Positions 40,315-52,530 of a stretch of 64,000 nt of DNA are shown piece after piece. Location of the stretch: positions 91,892,788 to 91,956,787 of the forward strand of contig NC_081357.1 in the NCBI RefSeq assembly GCF_030684315.1. The letters are read 5' to 3'. Every line of letters starts with the position of its first letter. The stretch's first letter is position 1. A program made the position numbers and the translations under genes. Below the pieces are notes generated by a model. It ran no database searches and had not been told where the DNA came from. It saw only the letters and a list, made by a program, of their open reading frames with translations. Source of the DNA: Stegostoma tigrinum (Eukaryota).

Positions 40315-42330
40315 TCATCGGAAACATGCTTCCTGCCTCCAGAGAGTGTCCAATCCCTTAATAATCTTAATCGCCTCAATCAGATCCCCTCTCATCCTTC
40401 TAAACTCAAGAGTATACGAGCCCAGTCGCTCCAATCTTTCAACATATGATAGTCCCGCCATTCCGGGAATTGACCTTGTGAACCTACGCTGCACTCCCTC
40501 AATAGCAAGAATGTCCTTCCTCAAATTTGGAGACCAAAACTGCACACAATACTCCAGGTGCGGTCTCACCAGGGCCCTGTACAGCTGCAGAAGGACCTCT
40601 TTGCTCCTATACTCAATTCCGCTTGTTATGAAGGCCAGCATGCTATTAGCTTTCTTCACTGCCTGCTGTACCTGCATGCTTGCTTTCATTGACTGATGTA
40701 CAAGAACACCTAGATCTCGTTGTACTTCCCCTTTACCTAACTTGACTCTATTGAGATAGTAATCTGCTTTCCTGTTCTTGCCACCAAAGTGGATAACCGC
40801 ACATTTATCCACATTAAAATGCATCTGCCATGCATCCATCCACTCACCTAGCCTGTCCAAGTCACCCTGTATTCTAATAACATCCTCCTCACATTTCACA
40901 CTGCCACCCAACTGTGTGTCATCAGCAAATTTGCTAATATTACTCTTAATGCCTTCATCTATATCATTAATATATATCATAAACAGCTGCAGTCCCAGCA
41001 CCGAACCTTGTGGTACCCCACTGGTCACTGCCTGCCATTCCGAAAGGGACCCATTTATCACTACTCTTCGCTTCCTGTCAGCCAGCCAATTTTCAATCCA
41101 ACTCAGTATTTTGCCCTCAATATCATGTGCCCTAACTTTGGTCACCAATCTCCTATGCGGGACTTTATCAAAGGCTTTCTGAAAGTCCAGGTACACTACA
41201 TCCACTGGTTTTCCCTTATCCATCTTCATAGATACATCCTCAAAAAATTCCAGAAGATTTGTCAAATACAATTTCCCCTTCATAAATCCATGCTGACTCT
41301 GACCTATTCTGTTACTGCTATCCAAATGAGTCTTAATTTCATCTTTTATAATTGACCCCAGAATCTTTCCCACCACTGACATCAGGCTAACTGGTCTATA
41401 ATTTCCTGTTTTCTCTCTCCCTCCTTTCTTGAAAAATGGGACAACATTTGCCACCCTCCAATCCACAGGAACTGATCCTGAATCTACAGAACGTTGGAAA
41501 ATAATTACCAATGCATCCACGATTTCTAGAGCCACCTCCCTGAGTACCCTGGGACGTGGACAATCAGGTCCCAGGGATTTATCGGCCTTCAGACCAAATA
41601 GTCTATCCAACACCATTCCCTGCCTAATATAAATACCCTTCAGTTCACCCATTACCCTAGGTCCTTCAGCCACTATTGCATCTGGGAGATTGCTTGTGTC
41701 TTTCCTAGTGAAGACAGATCCAAAGTACCTATTCAACTCTTCTGCCATTTCCTTGTTCCCCATAATAAATTCACCCGTTTCTGACTTCAAGGGCCCAATT
41801 TTAGTCTTAACCTTTTTTTTCTTTTCACATACCTAAAAAAGCTTTTACTATCCTCCTTTATATTTTTGGCCAGTGTGCCTTCATACCTCATTTTTTCTCC
41901 ACGTATTGCCTTTTTAGTTGTCCTCTGTTGCTCTTTAAAACTTTCCCAGTCCTCCGGCTTCCCACTCATCTTTGCTATGTTATACTTCTTCTCTTTTATC
42001 TTTATACAGTCCTTAACTTCCCTCGTCAGCCACGGCCACCCCTGCCTCCCCTTCGGATCTTTCTTCCTCTTTGGAATGAACTGATCCTGCACCTTCTGCA
42101 TTATATCCAGAAATGCCTGCCATTGTTGTTCCACTGCCATCCCTGCTAAGATATTGTACCATTGAACTTTGGCCAGCTCCTCCCTCATAGTTCCATAGTT
42201 CCCTTTATTCAACTGCAATACTGGCACTTCCGATTCTCCCTTCTCCCTCACAAACTGCAGATTAAAACTTATCATATTATGGTCACCACCTCCTAATGGC
42301 TCCTTTACTTTGACATCCCTGATCACACCT
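40315..42330 (-). pseudogene. CR1 ORF2 (endonuclease C-terminal motif, linker, reverse transcriptase), frameshifted
   Basis: ORF 41787-42347 (EPLGGGDHN) and ORF 40315-41790 (GNYRPVSL, QHGF, YLDFQKAFDKVPH, GVPQGSVLG, FADD); frameshift near the T-run at 41813-41820 and a second near 40340. Confidence 0.93.
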
Positions 42331-42522
42331 ACTTTAATAGCACTCACCGACCTTCCCGACTGCCTCTCTGCCCTGACCTCACGTCCGCCCGGCTCGCGCC
42401 GCTCTCCGCTGCGAAAAGGACTGCTGGCTTCGAGGTAAGTACTTAAATAGCACTCACTTACCTTCCCAACTGCCTCTCTGCCCTGACCTCACATCCGCCC
42501 GGCTCGTGCCGCTCTCCGCTGC
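42330..42522 (-). repeat. 110-bp CpG-rich tandem monomers (1.75 copies), putative CR1 5' UTR/promoter
   Basis: tactt(t/a)aatagcactcac recurs at 42330 and 42440. Confidence 0.85.
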
Positions 42523-42759
42523 AAAAACCTGTGCAGACAAGTGGAGAATGTGCAAACTCCACACAGACAGTCACACAAGACTGAATCAAACCTGGGTCAT
42601 TGGCATTGTGAGGGCAGCAGTGCTAACCACTGAGCCACTTAGTTTATTAATTACCATGTTTTGCTGGTTATTTTGGGATCTGTTCTTCTAATGTGATTTT
42701 CAATTTGTTGGTTTCCTTTGTAAATGGTGGGATAAAATTGATACGTCGACTGTTTTTTT

Positions 42760-43045
42760 AAATTTATTCACAGCATGGTGTTCTCACTGGCTAAGCCAGC
42801 ATTTATCAGCAATCCCTAAGAGCCAACAACATCGCTGTGCTTCTGAAGTCACATGTAGGCCACAGCCAGGTAAGGACAGCAGTTTCCTTCCCCAAAGGAC
42901 ATTTGTGAATCAGATGTGCTTTCCCCCACGGATAACTTCATGGGCATTATCGGACTCTTCAGTACTGATTAGCCATGATTGGATTGGAACTTGCTTTCTA
43001 GACTAATAGGTCTAGCAACAGCATGATCAGGCCATCACCTCTCCA
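42760..43045 (-). mobile_element. Decayed SINE sharing a LINE-type 3' end; second copy on plus at ~43770-43960
   Basis: gtcacatgtaggcc..ccaggtaagga..tttccttccccaaaggacatt is the reverse complement of the 43795-43860 motif. Confidence 0.55.
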
Positions 43046-43409
43046 CATGCATTAGTTGTCATTGCTGTGCACCCCTTAGTGACACAATCCTATTCTGCTT
43101 TACATTTTTTTTATGTATCTGCAGAATGCATGCCAATCTAATTTGACTTTCCCTGATAATATAATATTGGAGATCTATTTTGCTTTCCTGAGATTTTTTT
43201 AAATGTCTTTCCAAACATCTTTAAATTCTTCTTGCCATCCCCACTTTTATTGTTTAAATAAAACACAAAACTAACAATGCTTACCTGTACAATGAGGTTA
43301 ACGTCCTACAGTCAGCATCTTCAGGAGAAGACCCAGGATCCCAAGAAAAGCCTTCATTTGAACACATATCCTAATATGGGGATAGACCAAACCATCAATT
43401 TTAAAGATG

Positions 43410-43700
43410 TGAATCAACCTTTCTTAGAAGCAAAAGGTGACTCATCTGATCCAGATATAACAGAGATCATCGAGGTTAATGGTTATCCAACTCATTTCAA
43501 ACTTGATACTGAGCAAGTATTACTGTATTATCTGAAAAAAATGTTCTTTGATGTAAAGAATCACGGAAAACTGCCTTGCAGAACACAGCTCAAAATGAAA
43601 GGAAAGCTAAAAGCTCTCTTTAAAATGCAGGGAACAACATGATGTGAAACCAGTGTATGTCATCAGAAGCCAACACTTCTCACTTTTACTTCACTCTTAA
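43410..43700 (+). mobile_element. Gypsy aspartic protease relic
   Basis: IEVNGYPTHFKLDT(G), frameshifted after the DT motif. Confidence 0.6.
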
Positions 43701-44867
43701 AACGCTACAATACATTGAAGAATCTCAATAAACAGCTGAAATTAAGAGTCAAATGATGAATCCATTGTTGATTGTCATGCAAAACCATCTAGCTCACTAA
43801 TGCCCTTTCGGGAAAAAAACCACTATCCTTACTTGTTCTGAACTACATGTGACTTCGGACTCATAGCAAAGTAGTTGACTCTTAACTGCCCTCTGGGAAA
43901 TTAGAGATGTGCAATAACTGCTGTTCTAGCCAGCAACTCCTCCATCCTAGGAGTGGGAATGGAAGAATCACATGCATGTTGTCTGGTTGTTCTATAAAAA
44001 GCAGAAGCTCATTTCTTTCAGGAAACACAACTATCTTCTCTGACATAACTTGTGAATCTAAAGACCCTTCACGGAGTACAATGGCGACATTGATGCCAGA
44101 GAATGTCTTCTGCAAAAGGCATTCAGAAAATTAGTGATCCACCAAATTTCCAGTACAGCAACAAAGTGCACCTGAATACTTTTCTCTCAGGTAGCAGATT
44201 TGCAACCTAACCAAATTGTCAGCCATTCCTAAAATGAGATTCTCGTTAGTGATAAACCTAATTTATTTATTTGAAACCATTGTATAAATAATTTATAGCC
44301 AGATAAAAGCTAAGGGTGGAGATGTTTTGAATCAGGCAGTTAGTACATGAAAGGGTTAATAGGTATGGGATAAGCTCCATTCACCAGGATATAAGATACT
44401 GTTCATGGGATGAGCTAACCAAAGTTGCTAGTGTCGACTGCATCGTTTCTGGTCTCATGTGTACCACAATGTTTCAGTAGCCATAATGTGTGTCTTACAT
44501 CTCTTAGATGTAATGTACCTATCTATTAAGGACTGTGTAATTAACCAGTTGTTTCAGCAAGACTGAGTTTCTCTTTTGCCACATACTCTGAGTGGGTATC
44601 ACTCCCCACTTGGTATCAGAGACTTACAGTAACACCAATGGGAAGGATTGACAGCATGAATCTACCCTAGCCATTTCAGGTGGTCCCTAGACAACCATGA
44701 CATTGTAAGATATTGAAATCCACACCATCTTTCAAACAAGACTTTAACTTTGCAGGCTGATGGAAAAAATCTTTCAGAATTATGCTTGAAATATAGAGAT
44801 TTTGAAGATGGCAGAGAGAACTGACAGGATGTTTGGTAACAAGAAGTCACAGATTTAAGTTAGAGAC

Positions 44868-44992
44868 AAAAAAAATTGCAGATGCTGAAAACAATGGTAG
44901 ACAAACAGGAGGCTGGAAGAACATAATGAGCCAGGCAGCATCTGGAGGAAAGAAAAAGTCAACGTTTCAGGTATTACCCTTCTTCAGGACTC
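44868..44992 (-). mobile_element. Penelope-like terminal fragment (family C)
   Basis: ttgcagatgctg tail, ccaggcagcatctgg body, ends at a hammerhead motif. Confidence 0.7.
44956..44992 (-). ncRNA. Minimal hammerhead ribozyme motif with complete helix I
   Basis: gagtc-CTGAAGA-aGGGT/aat/ACCT-GAAA-CG-TT-gactt; helix I is gagtc:gactt. Confidence 0.65.
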
Positions 44993-45444
44993 ATTTTTAA
45001 GATAATTGACCAAAGAATCAGAGGGGAGACAAGAGGAATTCTTCTCATATCCAAACACAAATTATGACTTGGAATGCTTGTCTGAGAAGGTAATGGGATC
45101 AGAATTAATCAGTATTCTGAAAGGGGGATTGAAAGAATATTTTGGGGTGAAGAAAGTTTTCAAGAACATAGGGTTTAAGCATAGGAATAGGATTAATGGT
45201 AGCCGAATGGTCTCATTTTGCATTATATAATTCTATGAGGAAATTAGACGTGCATGACAGAGTAGGATAGGCTGTTCTATATGCAGCACATGGAGAAATG
45301 CCCATGTCCTGTATATATTCAATCACCTTAACGATGATATCCAGGTTCACCCTCAAGAAGGCTTGTACATCAAGCACATTTCTATCAGTAGCAGACAATT
45401 AGGATGACGTGCTTCATAGACATAGCAGCATTCACAAAAACATT

Positions 45445-45650
45445 GGAATGTCAGAGGGAGCCTGTTAGAGGCATTCAAAATTATGTGGCATTTTAATACA
45501 GCCAATGTATAGAGGCTGTTTCCTTGGGCAAGTGAGTCAACAAAGCAGAGTTCACAGATTTCAGACAATTGGTAAGAGAAGTAGAAGGGGGATGAGGAAA
45601 TTACTTCACATGACGGGTTGAAGTGATCTGAAATACCACCTGATTGGCAG
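45445..45650 (+). mobile_element. Decayed CR1 3' fragment
   Basis: RGSLLEAFKIM..ERLFPWASES motif. Confidence 0.6.
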
Positions 45651-48599
45651 AGTCAAATTGCCCAGGAACAACAAGCCCCTATTCTGCAGTAAGATTCTAT
45701 TCTAAGAAAACACAATTATTTCAGACATCCTGAAGGCTCTGCATTAATGCAGCGGGCTCTCCTTAACAAGGCAGAGCCTTTAAACCCTGCACAAAGCACA
45801 ACAAATGATCAGATGCACCAAGAGACTTTGCCCAACAAATAACGCGCTCTTAATGGGAAATCACATGGTGTGTGGTAGAAAAATAAATTATCCAAGAAAT
45901 TCAGAGCTGTTCACTGGCAGCAGGAATATTGATAGAATCTTCACGGCAGTGGTTCTTGAAATAGGAATGGGAGGAGGCCATTCAGCCCTTCCAGCCTATT
46001 TCACCACTCAAATAGATTATCATTGATCTGCATCATAACTCCATCTACCAGCCAGGCTGTTCCAAATCTTTTTTAGAATCTGTAACCAACACTTTATTTA
46101 TACTGTATTCGAGGCCATAACAACTCATTGTAGAAAGATAAATTTTTGATACAGAATTTGCTGTCAGTGAGAAAGGAACAGTTTTCACTGTTTACGTCAA
46201 AGGTGCCTACATGTTCCAACTACCATTCTAGTGTGCATTTCTCCTTTCCCAATGTTAATTTGAAGCTGGCATTAAGTCAAGGAGATATCCAGTTGTCAGC
46301 TAACAAAGCTGTCAGCAACAGGATACACAACCAGTCACATTGAAGAATTCTGACATGCAGCAACACGGAAAGCAAAATGAACAGAAAGTTCTCCACTTGA
46401 GATAAATCAAACAAACATTTTTTTTAACTGGCACTTGATGAGCCGATGCTCTTTATAAACCAGCAAATGCTGAATATCTCAAATACCATGAAGTTTATTG
46501 TGTTATTCTGTCCATTTATTACAGCTTTTTAATTTACATCAATGTACACATACTTGGTAATCAATTAAATGGCGACACAAAATATCAACAGTTGATTCAA
46601 TTTCAAGTCAATTTCTTCTCGAATACCACAATCTGCTGTGATGTCCAAGTAGTTAGTTGAGGGTGGGAGTGAGAAGACTTTCTGCCAGTCAGTTTGATTT
46701 AAGGCAAAGTTGCAAAATTATTTAAGTGTTTTATGCTGGAAGTAATGCCCCCTGCATTATGTTTCTTTTCACTGTATTAAGAAGTTAAATTTATATCACG
46801 ATACAAACATTTGACATTAAATAAATTTGAATTTGGAACCTGGCTTCATTGGAGTCTTGGTAAGTTGCTAAAGTGTATCTTGTACTTGGTTCACAATGCG
46901 GTACTGTACATCAGTGTTGAAAGGAATGACTGTTTAAGATGATGATCAAACTGATTGTTTTGTCCTGAATGCAATGAGCCTCTTGCATGTTGTTGGAACT
47001 TCAGGATATTTGCATCTCGAGGTAGGATGTCAATGTATTAGAGAGGATGCATCAGGAACATACTAAAGTAGTACCCAGTATAATGGAATTCAATTGTGTG
47101 GCAAGAATGGATACACTGCAATTCTCCTTAAAATAGAGAGAAGCCATTTTGATCAGTGTGTTCAAAATCATAAGGTTTCTCACAAGGCGAGAGGTTTAAT
47201 CGTCTGAAAGTGTGAATTTAAAAACAGAGACAGCATGAGGAAATAATGATTTAAACGATGAGTTATTAGGATCTGGAATGCAAAAACAGTTAAAACTTGG
47301 TCAGTAATAGTGTTCAAACGAAATTTTGACCACAGTTGAAGGAGAACTTGCTGAGCTATGTGGTGTGGTTATTTGAATAGACCTTTCAATGGAGAACATG
47401 AAGTGAATTTCTTGCACCCACGCTTTATTTATTTTATTCTTTAATATTTTGATTTCTAACTTCTGTATGGCATATTTTTGTGAAAGTCATTTTCAAATGT
47501 CTTGCCAGTCATGCAAACTGAAAGATGTGGTTTGAAGAGCCTGTATTTGAAATTATAACCTGACTTTTGTTCAAAATTTGCGATGCACTTCTTGCAATTT
47601 CAAACCTTATTTCACATTTGAAACATTTCTAGTGCGTGCTGTTCATTAGACATCTTCCACAGTTGTTTAAATTACTGCAAAATGTTGCCTGTGCAATGTG
47701 TTAACTGTTGACCTAATTTCTTTGCTATTTTTGTCATGAAAATAAAAAATCATTGCTACTGGCAAAATAGTACAGATGTTGGCCATCTGAAAAATAAACA
47801 GCAAGAGTTGAACACCCTCAGCAGGTCAGGCAGCATTACAACTCTGGTGACTGCACCTTGATCTGGGATGTGACATTGTTTTTCTCTGTCTGCACTATAG
47901 ATGCTGCCAGGACTGCTTAGCAATGTTCCCTTTAACTTTTGCTATGCCTACATTGGCATATGAGTCATCTGAACAATGTATTTAAACTAGAGTAGAAATC
48001 ATATGGCAGAAGATGATAGATTTTCTTAGCTGCTGCATGCATACAGATTGCAGGGAACATCATTGCTGACTACTTCCAGCATGGATTTTAATCTATATTG
48101 TGAAAAAAAAAGTTAAATATGTCAGCAGAGGAAATAGGTTGCGTTAAAACCTTTTAGAGGCAGTGACCAAAAATGTAGAATGTGAATCAATTTTTAAAAA
48201 ATCGTTTCCACAGTGTAGCCTTCAGATAGTACCACTGTCACAAAGCTGGAGGAGACACAAGAAATACCAGAGGCTTAAGGTATACAAAAGAAAAAAAATT
48301 GAAAGAAAAATGTTCTGGCACAAATTGCAACCTTCCAACACACTTGGGAGTTCTGAGGCACAGTCAGAACACTCAGAGACAACTGGTGAAAAATGCTGAT
48401 CCCATTTTAGCATCTAGAAAGGGTCTGAGAAATGAAAGGAGAAATCTGAAAGAAAATAAGAAGAATACAGTCAAATGAAACTATAGGCAAATCAACTATT
48501 GTCAGGAGCTTCACTCAACACCAGCAATAGTAATGCGTATGCTTTGCCACAGTGAAATGCTGCACTTTACACTCTGGAAGGTTCCGCTTTAAGTGTTAG

Positions 48600-49245
48600 A
48601 TACTGTAGCAGTGAATGGCCAGAATTGGCTGTTCTATTAAAGTCCAACACTCCTCCATCACCATCGTTTGCCTGGGAAACATTGTCAAATTCGTCCCAGT
48701 CTTTGATGGCAGGATCAAATGGGTCAAGGTTCCCATGGGGCGTGGAATGCCCTGCCTGCCAATGTCGTTAACTCAGCCACATTTGGGATATTTAAACAGT
48801 CCTTGGATAAGCATATGGATGATGATGGGATAGTGTAGGGGGAGGGGCTTAGATTCGTTCACAGGTCGGCGCAACATCGAAGGCCGAAGGGCCTGTTCTG
48901 CGTTGTATTGTTCTATGTTCTATGTAAAGGCATGATGCTAGAAATGCTCAACCGAAGTCAAAGATGACCATTGTGAGCAAATTTCTCCAGCGTGTTTTTC
49001 TCTCATCGCCACAGAAATAACACTACAGAGGTCGGTATCCTGTCACCAAGTCACCCTTTATTTACATGTAGAGAGACCTTGACACTGATCCAGTTCCTCA
49101 GAGCCAACTTTCAGAGTGAACAGAATTTCTGACACTTCTGTTTATATCTATCGCCAGGGTTGTTTGATTGGACCAAGTTAACAACCCAATCAGGAAACTC
49201 ATATTCTATGCGGTCCACATGGGTGACCCTGTTACAATCACTACC
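48600..49245 (-). mobile_element. Gypsy 5' LTR, PBS and gag start, interrupted by a CR1 3' end
   Basis: LTR-like 49013-49245; PBS-like tggcgatgag on minus at 49002-49011; gag-like GNLDPFDPAIKDW at 48690-48735. Confidence 0.5.
48735..48925 (+). mobile_element. CR1 3' end with (ttctatg)n tail
   Basis: gcgtggaatgccctgcctg...ggccgaagggcctgttctgcg...ttctatgttctatgt. Confidence 0.88.
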
Positions 49246-49499
49246 ATACCATACATAAAATACACTGCCTTGACTTGTAATAGATTATTGAATAGTGTCT
49301 GCCAAGCCCATGACCTCCACCACATCCTAGGACAAGGACAGCAGATAGACTAGAACACGATCACCTGCAATTTCCCCTCCAAACCACACATCATTCTGGC
49401 CTGGAAATATTCCTTCAGTGACACTAGATCAAAATTCTGAAACTCCTTCCTTAACAGCAGTATAGTTCTGTCTACAGGACAATCATAAATAATCAACAT

Positions 49500-49800
49500 C
49501 ATAGAATCCCTACAGCATGGAAGCAGGCTATTTGGTCCATCGAATCAACAACAAGCCTCCAAAGAGTCACATAGACCCAACTCCCTACCCTATCCATGTA
49601 ATCCTGCATTTCCTATGGCCAATCCACCTAAACTGCACACCTTTGGACTGTGGGAAGAAACCGGAGCACCTGAAGGAAACCCATGCAGACACAGGGAAAA
49701 TGTGCAAACTCGACGCAGACAGTTTCCCAAGGGTGGAGTCAGGCCTAGATCCCTGGAGCTGTCAAACAGCAGTGCCAACCACTGAGTCACTCTGCTGCCC
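49500..49800 (-). mobile_element. HE1-type SINE
   Basis: catagaatccctacag tail, ggactgtgggaagaaaccggagcacc body. Confidence 0.9.
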
Positions 49801-50073
49801 CAGAACTATGATGGTTCACCAAGACAACTCACTTATGTTTTTCAAAACAATAATGGTTGGATATCAAACATGGGCCTTACTAGCTACACAATAAACCCAT
49901 GAATAAATATAAAAAATTGAAAGTGTGGTATTAATGATTAATATTCTTATTTGAAATTATCAATTCCTGGGGAGAGGAGGCGATTTCTGATGTCCTAGCT
50001 CACAGTAAATATTGAACAGTTTCTCTCCACACCGGAGATATCAGAGATTTGGCCAGGGAGAGACTCTAAAGAG

Positions 50074-52218
50074 ATAATAGGAACTGCAGATACTGGAGAA
50101 TCTGAGATAATAAGGTGAGGAGCTGGATGAACACAGCAGGCCAAGCAGCGTCTTAGGAGCAGGAAAGCTGATGTTTCGGGCCTAGGCCCTTCATCGGAAA
50201 TGGGGGAGGGGAAGAGGGTTCTCAAATAAATAGGGAGAGAGGGGAGGTGGATCGAAGATGGATAGAGGAGAAGATTGGTGGAGAGGAGACAGACAAGTTA
50301 AAGAGGCGGGGATGGAACCAGTAGAGGTAAGTGTAGGTGGGGAGGTAGGGAGGGGATATGTCAGTCTGGGGAGGACGAACAGGTCAAGGGGGCGGGATGA
50401 GGTTAGTAGGTAGGAAATGGGGGTGCGGCTTGAGGTGGGAGGAGGGGATAGGTGAGAGGAAGAACAGATTAGGGACGTGGGGATGAGCTGGGCTGGTTTT
50501 GTCCTGCAGTAAGGGGAGGGGAGATTTTGAAGCTTGTGAAATCCACATTGATACCATTGGGCTGCAGGGTTCCCAAGCAGAATATGAGTTGCTGTTCCTG
50601 CAACCTTTGGGTGGCATCATTGTGGCACTGCAGGAGGTCCAGGATGGACATGTCGTCTGAGGAGTGGGAGGGGGAGTTAAAATGGTTCGCGACTGGGAGG
50701 TAGTTGTTTATTGCGAACCGAGCGGAGGTGTTCTACAAAGCAGTCGCCAAGTCTCCGCTTGGTTTCCCTGATGTAGAGGAGGCCACAGCAGGTATAGCGG
50801 ATGCAGTATACCACAGTGGCAGATGTTCAGGTGAACATCCGCTTGATGTGGAAAGTCTTCTTGGGCCCTGGGATGGGGGTTAGAGAGGAGGTGTGGGGCA
50901 GGTGTAGCACTTCCTGCGGTTGCAGGGAAAAGTGCAGGTGTGATGGGGCTGGAGGGGAGTGTGGAGCGGACAAGGGAGTCACGGAGATAGTGGTCCCTCC
51001 GGAAAGCAGACAAGGGTGGAGAGGGAAAAATGTCTTCGGTGGTGTGGTCAGATTGCAGCTGGCAGAAGTGTCCTCATTTTTCAAAGACCACAACATGCCC
51101 CCCACACTGGTCAAGAACGGCCTCGACGGTGTCTCCCGCATTTCCTGCAACTCATCCCCCACACCCCATCCCCACAATAACAAGTGAAACAGAATCCCCC
51201 TCGTCCTCATGTACCACCCCACCAACCTCCAGATTCAAAGCATCATCCTCCGACACTTCACCATCTACAATCCAACCCCACCACCAAAGATATTTTTCCC
51301 TCGCCACCCTTGTCTGCTTTCCAGAGAGACCACTCTCTCTGTGACTCCCTTGTCCACTCCACACTCCCCTCCAACCCCACCACACCCGGCACCTTCCCCT
51401 GCAACCGCAGGAAATGCTACACTTGCCCCCACACCTCCTCCCTCACCCCTATCCCAGGCCCCAAGATGACTTTCCAGATCAAACAGATGTTCACCTTCAC
51501 ATCTGCCAATGTGGTATACTGTATCCATTGTACCCATTGTGCCCTCCTCTACATCGGGGAAACCAAGTGGAGGCTTGGGGACCGCTTTGCAGAACTCCTA
51601 CACTCGGTTCGCAATAAACAACTGCACCTCCCAGTCGCGAACCATTTCAACTCGCCCTCCATCCCTCAGATGAAATGTCCATCCTGGACCTTCTGCAGTG
51701 CCACAATGATGCCACCCAAAGGTTGCAGTAATTGCAACTCATATTCTGCTTAGGAAACCTGCAGCCCAGTGGTATCAATGTAGATTTCACAAGCTTCAAA
51801 ACCTCTCCTCCCCCTATGCACCCCAAAACCAGACCAGCCTGTCTCTACCTCCCTAACTTGTTCTCCCTCTCACCTGTCTCCTCCTCCCACCTCAAGCTGC
51901 ACCCCCATTTCCTACCTACTAACCTCATCCCGCCCCCTTGACCAGTCCGTCCTCCCTGGACTGACCTAGCACCTCCCTACCTCCCAACCTACACTCATGT
52001 TTACTGGCTCCATCCCACCTCTTTAACTTGTCTGTTTCCTCACCACCGATCTTCTCCTCTATCCATCTTCGATCTGCCTCCCCCTCTCTCCCTATTTATT
52101 TCAGAACCCTCTTCCCCTCCCCCATTTCTGATGAAGGGTCTAGGCCAGAAACGTCAGCTTTCCTGCTCCTAAGATGCTGCTTGGCCTGCTTGTTCATCCA
52201 GCTCCACACTTTGTTATC
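50074..52218. mobile_element. Penelope-like (Neptune-type) 2.1-kb fold-back insertion
   Basis: Minus arm 50074-51072 and plus arm 51069-52218; 15-bp TSD agaga(c/t)tctaaagag at 50059-50073 and 52219-52233; hammerhead motifs at 50170-50197 (-) and 52128-52155 (+). Confidence 0.93.
51069..51810 (+). pseudogene. Penelope-like ORF C-terminus: Cys-rich linker plus GIY-YIG endonuclease, frameshifted
   Basis: PGTFPCNRRKCYTCP linker, NVVYCIHCTHCALLYIGETKWRLGDRF..VANHFN, LQPSGIN; RT core absent. Confidence 0.9.
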
Positions 52219-52530
52219 AGAGATTCTAAAGAGTTTGATAGGATCAATGTTTCCATCTGTAATGAAGAACAAAACCAGGTTTATAAATTTGAAACAAATG
52301 TAAATACATCCAATAGGGAATTTAGGTAAAATTTCTTTACACAGAAAGTAGACAGAATATGGAACTAACTACGACATGGAGTGGTTGAGAATCAAGGGAA
52401 AAACTGCGTGAATACAAGTAGGCAAAGGGAATAGAAGGATGTCTTGATGGCATTAGATAAATGATGCAAAGAGGATGCTCCTGTATAGTAGGAACATGAT
52501 TAGAGCAGTAATATCGAATGGCCAGTTGTA
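52219..52530 (+). mobile_element. Decayed CR1 3' end (target of the Penelope-like insertion)
   Basis: ILKSLIG..MFP.., aatttctttacacagaaagtag..atggaac. Confidence 0.6.

Larger units (their letters stand above)
39997..42522 (-). mobile_element. Young, internally deleted CR1/HER1 LINE
   Basis: TSD aaaaac at 39991-39996 and 42523-42528; (tctattg)-type tail; near-intact ORF2 from the end of the endonuclease; CpG-rich 5' monomers. Confidence 0.95.
39790..42640 (-). mobile_element. HE1-type SINE split by a CR1 insertion (halves 39790-39996 and 42523-42640)
   Basis: The SINE motif ggaggagcccggaacactcggaaaaaac continues as aaaaacctgtgcagaca after the LINE. Confidence 0.85.

Noticed and set aside
40315-41790. 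491-aa RT ORF as a novel or domesticated gene or a prokaryotic RT system
   Set aside because: Canonical CR1 ORF2 with TSD, tail and frameshifts at both ends; many homologous decayed copies in the window
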